The notes below the pieces were generated by a model. It was not told the DNA's origin and did no database searches. It worked only from the letters and a program-made list of their open reading frames with translations. A stretch of DNA of 64,000 nucleotides from Deltaproteobacteria bacterium. Lineage in GTDB: Bacteria; Myxococcota_A; UBA9160; SMWR01. Where the stretch lies: positions 2,390 to 66,389 of the forward strand of contig JAFDDG010000030.1 of assembly GCA_019310965.1 (NCBI GenBank). The letters are read 5' to 3'. The position numbers and the translations under genes are program-made. Shown here piece by piece: positions 46,363 to 53,717 of the stretch. Position 1 is the stretch's first letter. Every line of letters begins with the position of its first letter.

Positions 46363-47109
46363 ATGATGAATCGGTTCTTGCTGCTGCTCGTCGTCTTCGC
46401 ACCGCTGGCGTGCAGCTCACCGACCCCGAACCCCGACGCCCTGACCGGGATCCGAAGCCAGGATCGCGTGATCGTGGCGCCGCTCAACCTGGCGCTGCGC
46501 ATGCCCGCCGAGGTCGACGGCATGGAGGAGCCGGTCTGGCACGCACTCCTCGATCACTTCGAGACGCGAGGACGCGCGGTGCAGCGGATCGAAGCCGCCG
46601 ACGCGCGCAGCCTCTGGCACAGCGTCGTGAGCGAGATGGGCGAATCGCGCGAACTCGCTGGCGCGACGAGCAACTTCGCACGCCAGCTGGCCGCACACAG
46701 CGAGTTCGACTTGCTGGTGATGCCCGCCGTCGTGATGCGCCGGGCGGCGCTGCGCGGGCACCACGCCTACTGGGACGGCGTGCGACGCCGCGTGAGGGTA
46801 GACGGGGCCTGGGACGGCCCGATCGATGAAATCGGCGGGCCCGGGGATCTGACATACGTGCGGGGATTGAACGGTCAGCTGGCCGGTGCCTCGCTCTACG
46901 TCGCCGTACTGACCCCGGATGGCCGCTCCGTCTATCAAGGTCTCGGTGGTCTCGACCTGCTGCAAGAAGCCAAACAAGCACGGCACGCCAAGCGTGGAGT
47001 GTGGCGTGTGGTGCTGCGCGAGGCACCCTTCGCGACGCCCCGCCACCTGCAAGAAGGCATCGGCTTGGCGCTCGAGCGCGAGCTGCCACGCACTGCACGC
47101 GCCTGGTAG
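46363..47109 (+). CDS. Hypothetical lipoprotein
   Basis: ORF 46363..47109. MMNRFLLLLVVFAPLAC is a signal peptide plus lipobox. Confidence 0.55.
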   Translation: MMNRFLLLLVVFAPLACSSPTPNPDALTGIRSQDRVIVAPLNLALRMPAEVDGMEEPVWHALLDHFETRGRAVQRIEAADARSLWHSVVSEMGESRELAGATSNFARQLAAHSEFDLLVMPAVVMRRAALRGHHAYWDGVRRRVRVDGAWDGPIDEIGGPGDLTYVRGLNGQLAGASLYVAVLTPDGRSVYQGLGGLDLLQEAKQARHAKRGVWRVVLREAPFATPRHLQEGIGLALERELPRTARAW

Positions 47110-47111
47110 CC

Positions 47112-47134
47112 CGCCGCGCGCCGCGCCCGCGGCG
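47112..47134. terminator. GC hairpin between convergent genes
   Basis: CGCCGCG-cgccgcgcc-CGCGGCG forms a 7-bp perfect stem. Confidence 0.3.
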
Positions 47135-47139
47135 TAGGA

Positions 47140-47652
47140 TCAGCTGCCCGTCAGGCGGCGCGGTGGAACCTGCTCGAGCAGCTCCGCCAGCGTCTCCTCC
47201 AGGTGCGGCGCGAACTCGCCCCGCACCTCCCGGCGGTGCTCCGCACTCCAGACGATCTCGCGAGCGAGGGCGTCGCGGATGCCGACCGTCAGGTGCACGT
47301 CCTCGTATGCCACATGTTCGATGGTACTCGGCCGGTCGAGGTTGTAGCTCTGCCCACCGCGGCCCCAGGTGCTGTCGAGCGTCTCCCGCGCGTGGGCCTG
47401 GGTGCGCAGCTGCTGCGAGGCATTCACGGAGACGTGAAACGTCACGAAGAAATCCGGCAGCTCACTCGCATCGACCTGGACGTAGCCGCGCTCGACGAGG
47501 CCCCGGGCGAGAAGTTCCTCGGTCCGTGGCGCCAGCGCGGGATCGCCTGTCGCATCCGGCGATGCCCGAGGCAGCCAGGCCCAGGTGCGGTAGCTGGAAA
47601 AGTCGTGATTCTCCGCGGCCTCGATCGAAATGAGTCGGGCGAAGCGTGTCAT
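47140..47652 (-). CDS. DUF4136-like protein (no signal peptide seen)
   Basis: ORF 47140..47652 with a GGAGGG RBS. FSSYRTWAW and the overall beta-rich pattern recall DUF4136. The call is tentative. Confidence 0.4.
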   Translation of the reverse strand: MTRFARLISIEAAENHDFSSYRTWAWLPRASPDATGDPALAPRTEELLARGLVERGYVQVDASELPDFFVTFHVSVNASQQLRTQAHARETLDSTWGRGGQSYNLDRPSTIEHVAYEDVHLTVGIRDALAREIVWSAEHRREVRGEFAPHLEETLAELLEQVPPRRLTGS

Positions 47653-47994
47653 AGCTTCCCTCCGCGCGGAAACCGTCCAACACAGGATACCGCGTCCGCT
47701 CGCGTCCCTCGAACGCCAGCGGGCTGGAGTCGCTCGGGGAGCGCTGCCAGGGCCGGGGGCGGCGGCCGGCGCATGGCCGACGCCGCCGCACGAGGTTCAT
47801 GGTAAGCCTCCGCGTTGGGTCAGACCCGTAGGTCAGTCTACGCCCATCGCTTGGCTCGGCTGGCGCTGCGCAGCGTGACCTTCAGCGCGCGGCGTGCCGG
47901 GCCACGGCGTTGCCAGGAGCACGCGGGGCGCCCAGCTCGGAGTTTCCCGGGCGGAAGGCTCGCGCAAACGCGGCCCGCTCTGGCAGAATCGGGC

Positions 47995-48972
47995 GTGAGC
48001 GGGGAGGCGCGGGAGTCGTTGTTGCGGTTGTGGGGCCCTGTCATTCCAGGAGTGCTGGCTGCGCTCTCGTTCGCTGTCGCGGGGCCCGGGCGCGCGGCGC
48101 CCCCCGAAGCACCGGAGGCCGCCGGGCCGCCGGGCGGCGAGCCCGACTACAGCGAGCTCTGGCTCAGTGCCGGCATTCGCTACAACAACAACTTCTCGAT
48201 CAACCCCGACCGGATCGAGTTCACCAGCTCTCCGGTGCAGGAGCTGGGCGTGGTTGCCTACGACGATCGCGCGCTCTGGGGCTCGCGCTTCCGTAGCAAC
48301 GGAGCGATCGAGATCTACACCGACCTGGAAGATTCCGGTCGCGACGTCCAGCTGCTGTCGGCGTCTACCGGGCCGGTCTTCGAGCTCGGCGAGAGCTGGC
48401 GCCTCCACACCGCGGTGGGCGGCGAGGCCTCGTGGTTCGGCTACGAGTTCTACACCGGCCTGGGTGTGGCGTACTTCACGCTCGAGCGGGAGGGCTCCAC
48501 GTTGCGCCAGGTGGAGCTCGACGTCGGGGTGGAGGCCTTCGGCAAGGAGTTCGGGGGCGACAACGTGCCGTGGCTCGACCTCTACGTAGACCTGGCGTGG
48601 GACAGCCTCCTCTGGCAGGACGACGAGCTCGCCGCGCGAGTCTTCTTCGAGCACTACCACGCCGACGAAGCGAGCTTCCGCTACAGCCAGGTCGCACTGA
48701 CGCTAGGCCACGACGCGCCCCTGGCGGGCCAGCTCAGCGGGGCGGCTTCGCTGACGGGCTCGCGGCAGTGGTACTATGGCTCGGATCCGGGGGTGTCGGG
48801 GGACCGGCGCGACACGACGCTCACCGCCATTGCCTCGTTCACCTGGTCGGGGCTCTTCCTGGAGCCGCTGTCGGCCGAGCTTCGCGGGCTCTACGAACGC
48901 GACTGGTCGAACGACGACTTCCAGGACTACGACGGACAGTCGGTGGTCTTCTATCTGCATTGGAGGTTCTGA
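47995..48972 (+). CDS. Outer-membrane beta-barrel protein (family not recognised)
   Basis: GTG 47995 (uncertain by about 30 nt) in ORF 47815..48972. It has a signal-like segment, VIPGVLAALSFAVAG. Alternating beta-strand pattern, with a C-terminal YLHWRF ending in Phe. Confidence 0.55.
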   Translation: MSGEARESLLRLWGPVIPGVLAALSFAVAGPGRAAPPEAPEAAGPPGGEPDYSELWLSAGIRYNNNFSINPDRIEFTSSPVQELGVVAYDDRALWGSRFRSNGAIEIYTDLEDSGRDVQLLSASTGPVFELGESWRLHTAVGGEASWFGYEFYTGLGVAYFTLEREGSTLRQVELDVGVEAFGKEFGGDNVPWLDLYVDLAWDSLLWQDDELAARVFFEHYHADEASFRYSQVALTLGHDAPLAGQLSGAASLTGSRQWYYGSDPGVSGDRRDTTLTAIASFTWSGLFLEPLSAELRGLYERDWSNDDFQDYDGQSVVFYLHWRF

Positions 48973-50099
48973 TGGGCGGGAGCCGGACTCTCGCACACCG
49001 GGGAGAACCAATGGCGGCGCTGCGGTCTGCACTACTCGGGGCGCTTGTCGCGCTGGGCGTGCTCGGCGCGACGGAGCCAGCCGCTCTCGGCGCCGAGGGC
49101 ATCTGGATCCTAGACCAGGAGCCGGGCACGAAGGACGACCTGTGGCACTACCGGACGATCCCGCAGGTCTACGGCACCGTGCCGGAGTCGGACTTCGCTG
49201 CTCCCCGCGACGTGGCGGTCGCCCCCGACGGCCGCATCTGGGTGCTGGCCGACGCCCCGGGCAGCGCCGAGGACCTCTGGGTGTACGACCCGTCGAACGG
49301 CAGCTGGAGCGCGCTCCCCAGCTCCGACTTCATCAATCCCCGAGCCTTCACCTTCGCGCCGGACGGGAGGCTCTGGATCCTCGACGAAGACAGCGGCACG
49401 GACGACGAGGTCTGGAGCTACGACTTCGACACCGAATTCTACGAAACGCTGCCCGATTCGTATTTCGTCGACCCCCAGGACATCGTCTTCGGGCCGGACG
49501 GGAAGCTCTGGATCCTCGATCGCGAGGCCGGCGCGGTCGACGAGGTCTGGAGCTACGACTTCGGCACGAACTTCTACGAGACCATCGCCGGCTCGTCGTT
49601 CGTGGATCCGCGGGAGCTGGCATTCGCTGCCGACGGCCGGCTCTGGATCTTGGACCAGGAGGCGGGTACGACCGAGGACATCTGGGCCTACGAATTCGTG
49701 GGCCAGACCTACGCGACGTTGCCCGGCTCGGATTTCCTCGATCCCCGCCACCTCGCATTCGACGCGTCGGGGATGTTGTGGATTCTCGCCCAGGAGGCGG
49801 GCAGCAACGACGACCTCTGGCGCTACGACTTCGGAACGGAAACGTACGAGACCCTGGCCGGCTCCGGCTTCGTCGACCCCCGGGCGTTTGGCTTCAGCAC
49901 GGCCTTCGTGCCGCCGGTACCGGCGCTCGGCCCCGGGGGCGGAGCTCTCCTGGCGGGTCTGCTTGCGCTCGCTGGTGCGCGCCGGAGACGGGCAGTCAGG
50001 CGACGCGTGGGACGCAGCGGCGCTGCCAGCGGGGACCGCGCGCCTGTGGGTCGAGGTCCCGCGGGGAAGCACCATCGAGCAATGCCGCTTGTCGCGTGA
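48972..50099 (+). CDS. Secreted six-repeat (45-aa) beta-propeller-like protein with PEP-CTERM-like tail
   Basis: ATG 48972 overlaps the upstream stop (TGATG); the alternative start is ATG 49011. The signal peptide is MAALRSALLGALVALGVLGA. There are six repeats of LWILDxExGxxDxxWxYDFxTxxYETLxxSxFVDPRxxxFxxDG. Confidence 0.7.
   Translation: MGGSRTLAHRGEPMAALRSALLGALVALGVLGATEPAALGAEGIWILDQEPGTKDDLWHYRTIPQVYGTVPESDFAAPRDVAVAPDGRIWVLADAPGSAEDLWVYDPSNGSWSALPSSDFINPRAFTFAPDGRLWILDEDSGTDDEVWSYDFDTEFYETLPDSYFVDPQDIVFGPDGKLWILDREAGAVDEVWSYDFGTNFYETIAGSSFVDPRELAFAADGRLWILDQEAGTTEDIWAYEFVGQTYATLPGSDFLDPRHLAFDASGMLWILAQEAGSNDDLWRYDFGTETYETLAGSGFVDPRAFGFSTAFVPPVPALGPGGGALLAGLLALAGARRRRAVRRRVGRSGAASGDRAPVGRGPAGKHHRAMPLVA
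49098..49907 (+). repeat. 6 x 135-bp in-frame tandem coding repeats
   Basis: Units start GIWILDQ, IWVLADA, LWILDED, LWILDRE, LWILDQE and LWILAQE. Confidence 0.8.
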
Positions 50100-50154
50100 C
50101 ACCCACGTGGTGCATCATTAGTGCACCCCGGCTCGTGTTGGACAGGAGCGGCCC

Positions 50155-51162
50155 ATGCAGCGCCGGCTCGCCAATTTGCCTCCGACCCCCGACGCAGCGG
50201 CTCTAGACGAGGAGCCCGGCGGGGCCGCCGATCCGGGTGGAGCCGGCTTGTTGGTCGTACACCGCGAGCGCCTCGATCCGCCGGCTGCAGAAGACGAAGG
50301 CGAGGAGCCCACCTGTCCTGCGGACGCCGCCCAGCTCTCGAGCTTCGGTCTCGTCGGCTCGCTGGTGTGGCGGCTGCGCAAGGGCGACCTCTGGGTGCTG
50401 GCCCCCGAGAGCGCGTTCCTGTTCACGAACTGCTGGCGCAAAACGCTGCTGCGCGAGGCGTGGATGCTCGAGCGCGAGACGTCTCCGCGGCAGGCCTATG
50501 CCGAGGGTGTCGCCACCATGGCGCGCCGCTGGATCACGGGCGAGCCCATGCTCCTCGATCTCTACGAGGCAGGGAGCGACGGGGCCGAGCTCGGCATCAG
50601 CTCCGACGAGCTCGGCGGCAACCTCTACGCCACCCGTGTCGATCGCGGGCCTGTCATCTGCCGCAAAGCGGTGCACTTCGGCAGCCAGAAGGGCCTGATG
50701 CTGCGGCCCACGAGCCCGTTGCGGGAGCTGTCGCGTGGTGCCTCGTGGGCGGAGACCCTGCACCACCTGAAGCGCGCCGCCTACGGGCCCGGCTGGATCT
50801 TCCAGCGTTTCACCCGGCGGGACAGCGACGAGGACACCCTGATCCTCGAGATCGACGGCGACATCTACTACCGCGAGCTCGAAGCCGGCGAGACGCTTCG
50901 CACCGACCCGCGCCACTCCTACGCGTGGGACGAATCGGTCTCCTGGAAGCTGGTGCGCTTCGGCAACGTCAGCGATCGCCTGCTGCGCGGAAGCATTCCG
51001 TTCCAGATCGAGTTCGAGGGGCCCGGACGCCTCTGGCTCTCGAACATGTCGTTCGGCGACGGCTACCTGGGAAGCGTGTTCACGCCGTCGCATTGGTTCT
51101 TCTACGCGCAGCAACTGGTGCTGCGCGTATTGCGCGCACTCAACCCGTTCACCTGGATTTGA
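50155..51162 (+). CDS. AIM24/DUF124-like protein with acidic N-terminal extension
   Basis: ORF 50155..51162. The C-terminal LEAGETLRTDPRHSYAWDESV...IPFQIEFEGPGRLWLSNMS resembles the AIM24 GE-x-l-x-vd / GpG-x-vwlq pattern. Confidence 0.45.
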   Translation: MQRRLANLPPTPDAAALDEEPGGAADPGGAGLLVVHRERLDPPAAEDEGEEPTCPADAAQLSSFGLVGSLVWRLRKGDLWVLAPESAFLFTNCWRKTLLREAWMLERETSPRQAYAEGVATMARRWITGEPMLLDLYEAGSDGAELGISSDELGGNLYATRVDRGPVICRKAVHFGSQKGLMLRPTSPLRELSRGASWAETLHHLKRAAYGPGWIFQRFTRRDSDEDTLILEIDGDIYYRELEAGETLRTDPRHSYAWDESVSWKLVRFGNVSDRLLRGSIPFQIEFEGPGRLWLSNMSFGDGYLGSVFTPSHWFFYAQQLVLRVLRALNPFTWI

Positions 51163-51226
51163 GGGGAACCGGGGCGGCTTGCCCCGGACTGTAGAGGGCA
51201 CCCACTCGGCAGAGGAGGAGGAAAGC

Positions 51227-51379
51227 ATGGCAGCAAGGAAGAAGGCAGCGAAGAAGAAGGCAAGGAAGAAGGCCGTCCGGAAGAAGACCAACTACAAGAA
51301 GAAGACCAACTACAAGAAGAAGACGCGCAAGAAGGCCGGCAAGAAGAAGGCCCGCAAGAAGAAGGCGAGGAAGAAGTAG
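51227..51379 (+). CDS. 50-aa polycationic Lys-rich protein (histone H1-like / nucleic-acid-binding candidate)
   Basis: ATG 51227 is preceded by ggaggaggaaagc. The product is MAARKKAAKKKARKKAVRKKTNYKKKTNYKKKTRKKAGKKKARKKKARKK. I counted 25 Lys, 6 Arg and no acidic residues. Lys is encoded almost only by AAG. Confidence 0.6.
   Translation: MAARKKAAKKKARKKAVRKKTNYKKKTNYKKKTRKKAGKKKARKKKARKK
51281..51316 (+). repeat. Exact 18-bp tandem duplication (aagaagaccaactacaag x2), in frame
   Basis: Read directly at 51281..51298 and 51299..51316. It encodes KKTNYK twice. Confidence 0.9.
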
Positions 51380-51388
51380 TCGAGTCGT

Positions 51389-51433
51389 GTCCAGCGCGTA
51401 CCGGGTCGCTCGACGGCCCGGTGCGCGCTGGAC
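51389..51433. terminator. Hairpin between convergent genes (10-bp outer stem with nested inner stem)
   Basis: GTCCAGCGCG...CGCGCTGGAC is a perfect stem. Inside it, ACCGGG...CCCGGT forms a nested stem. Confidence 0.45.
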
Positions 51434-51437
51434 GGCG

Positions 51438-51465
51438 GCTGAGCCCGGCGCTCTGGGGGCTCAGC
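51438..51465. terminator. Second hairpin, 9-bp perfect stem
   Basis: GCTGAGCCC-ggcgctctg-GGGCTCAGC. It overlaps the stop codon of the minus-strand gene. Confidence 0.4.
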
Positions 51466-53584
51466 GGAGCAGCAGCTGGGTGAGGTTGCTGTAGTCGTCC
51501 GTCCAGGGGCGGATCTCGGCGATCTCCCGACGAAGCTCCTCGTCGACCTCGGCGCTCGCGTTCCACACCTCGGGCTGCTCGATCCATGCGGGATCGCGCG
51601 AGAGCACGATCCAGTCTGCATCGTAGAGACCACGCTCTGCGTCGGCCGGGCCCTCGAAGAGGGCGGGCTCCACGCCTCTTTCCTCCACCAGCTTCCAGAC
51701 CAGTGACGTCAGGTCCACGAAGCTGTTCGAGACGTTCACCGCCAAGAGCCCGTCGGGCGCCAGGTGGCTCAGATAGAGGTCGAAGGCCTCTCGTGTGAGC
51801 AGATGGGCGGGCGGCGCGTCGCCGCTGAAGGCGTCGAGGATCAGCAGGTCGTAGCCCCGGCCGCGGCCTCCCGAGGCGGCGAGCTCGCGCTCGAGGCTCA
51901 GGCGCCCGTCGCCGAGCACCACGTCCCAGCGGGCCGGGGTGTCGGCCAGATAGCTGAAGCGCTCCGTCGCGAGGCGGACCACGAGCGGGTCGATCTCGTA
52001 GAAGCGGATCTCGTCCCCCGGCCGGGCATAGACGGCCAGGGCCCCGGCGCCGAGTCCCAGCACGCCGATGCGCCGCGCGGAGTCCGGTTTGTGCAGGCGC
52101 GCCGCGAGGCCGGCCCCGGTGTCGGCCCCGTAGTAGGCCACGGCCAGACGCCGATTCTCGTCGGCCTGGTACTGGAAGCCGTGGTCGACGGCGCCGTGCA
52201 GCAGCACCCGGGCGTCGTCGCCGAACTCCTCGTCGGGCTCGGTATAGGTGCGCAGGATGCCGTAGAAGTTGCGGTCGACGGTGTCGTAGCCGTCGGTGGC
52301 ATAACGGATGACCTGCCAGTTTCCGGCGACGTAGAGCGCCGTCAACGCAAGCAGCGCCGTCCATGCCAGGCGTGGCCGGCCGCGGAAGAGAGAGGAGCCG
52401 GCGTCGCGCGCGACGCACACCAGGAAGAGCACCACGGTTCCCAACAGGGCGAGGGGAAGCTCGAGGTAGGTATCGAAGAGGCGGGGGGCCACCGCGCCCA
52501 CGAAGATTCCCCCGAGTGCGCCGCCCAGCGACACGGCCAGATAGAAGGCGGTGAGCGCGGTGGTGGGCGGGCGGAGCCGCACGAGCTCGCCGTGGCAGAG
52601 CATGCAGCAGCCGAAGAGGCTCAGGCAGTAGACGACGGCCTGGGCGACGAAGGGCAACAGGTCGACTGTGTCCATCACCCAGAGCAGGGCCCCCAGACAG
52701 AGCGCCGTCGATGGTGCGAAGGCGGCCCGGTGGTAGGCGCGGTCGTCGGCAAACGTGACGATGAACGAGATCAGGTAGAGGGAGAGCGGCAATACCCAGA
52801 GCAAGGGCACCACCGCCACGTCCTGGCAGAGCTGGTTCGTCGTCGCCAGCAGAAGCGCGGACGCACAGGCCGGCAGCAGCACCCAGAGCAGTGCGTCCGA
52901 GCGGGAGAAGGGCGTGGGGGAGAGCGGCTCGGCTGTGCCGGCGGCCGTGGGGGCCGCGGCTTCCTCCGAAGCAGCGCTCGACGCAGACGGCGCCCCGGCT
53001 GGAACGGCTCGCCAGAGCAGTGCCCCGCAGCCGGCGAACCCTAACGCGTAGAGGCCGAAGCCTCCGGACCAGAGCCACGCCTGGCTCTGCAGCCGGAGCC
53101 ATGGCTCGATCACGAACGGGTAGCTCAGGAGCCCCACCAGCGAGCCCGCGTTCGAGAGCGCGTAGAGGCGGTAGGGCGAGGTCGTGGGGAACGCACGCGC
53201 GAACCACGCCTGCAGCAGCGGCGACGTCGTGGCCAGCACGAAGTAGGGAAGGCCCACCACGGCGCCGAGCAGCAGCAGGATGCGCAGCGTGGGGTTGTCC
53301 TCGGCGTCGGGCTTCCAGCCCGCGTCCGGCACGATGGGCAGCACTGCCAAGGCAGCGAGGAGTAGCATCCCCTGCGCGATCACCTGGCGCCGTGCCGAGA
53401 GCCGCCGCGCACTCCAGTCGGCCCACGCGTAGCCCACCAGCAGCAGCATCTGGAAGAAGAGCATGCAGCTGGTCCAGACCGCCGGAGCGCCGCCGAACCA
53501 CGGCAGGATGAAGCGCGCGATCAGCGGCTGCACCTGGAAGAGCAGGAAGGCCCCAATCAGGATCGTCAGCGCGTAGGGCAGCAT
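51461..53584 (-). CDS. Fused polytopic membrane domain / spermidine-synthase-like methyltransferase-fold protein
   Basis: ORF 51461..53584. The N-terminal roughly 450 aa are polytopic (FLLFQVQPLIARFILPWFGG). The C-terminus has RIGVLGLGAGAL, YDLLILDAFSGD and PDGLLAVNVSN. Confidence 0.75.
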   Translation of the reverse strand: MLPYALTILIGAFLLFQVQPLIARFILPWFGGAPAVWTSCMLFFQMLLLVGYAWADWSARRLSARRQVIAQGMLLLAALAVLPIVPDAGWKPDAEDNPTLRILLLLGAVVGLPYFVLATTSPLLQAWFARAFPTTSPYRLYALSNAGSLVGLLSYPFVIEPWLRLQSQAWLWSGGFGLYALGFAGCGALLWRAVPAGAPSASSAASEEAAAPTAAGTAEPLSPTPFSRSDALLWVLLPACASALLLATTNQLCQDVAVVPLLWVLPLSLYLISFIVTFADDRAYHRAAFAPSTALCLGALLWVMDTVDLLPFVAQAVVYCLSLFGCCMLCHGELVRLRPPTTALTAFYLAVSLGGALGGIFVGAVAPRLFDTYLELPLALLGTVVLFLVCVARDAGSSLFRGRPRLAWTALLALTALYVAGNWQVIRYATDGYDTVDRNFYGILRTYTEPDEEFGDDARVLLHGAVDHGFQYQADENRRLAVAYYGADTGAGLAARLHKPDSARRIGVLGLGAGALAVYARPGDEIRFYEIDPLVVRLATERFSYLADTPARWDVVLGDGRLSLERELAASGGRGRGYDLLILDAFSGDAPPAHLLTREAFDLYLSHLAPDGLLAVNVSNSFVDLTSLVWKLVEERGVEPALFEGPADAERGLYDADWIVLSRDPAWIEQPEVWNASAEVDEELRREIAEIRPWTDDYSNLTQLLLR

Positions 53585-53717
53585 GTCTTAGCGCGCGGAG
53601 GTCGCGCGGACTGGGAAGTTGCTCATCCGCCGCATTGTCTCACGTTCGGTGGCAGACGCGCGGCGCAACGTCATGGGCAACACAGGCTCGCGCCCCGCGC
53701 CGAAGGGCCTGCGCTCA

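Noticed and set aside
50203-51291. The 362-aa minus-strand ORF starting MVFFRTAFFLAFFFAAFFLAAM, which looks like a membrane protein.
   Set aside because: Its Phe-rich N-terminus is simply the complement of the AAG-rich Lys-protein gene. The remainder is antisense to the AIM24-like gene and is Arg/Ala/Gly-rich without motifs.
51461-53584. The fused membrane/spermidine-synthase-like protein, considered as a novelty.
   Set aside because: As far as I recall, this architecture (polytopic N-terminal domain plus spermidine-synthase-fold C-terminus) is a widespread annotated family. Nothing unusual was seen beyond its convergent position next to the polycationic mini-protein.
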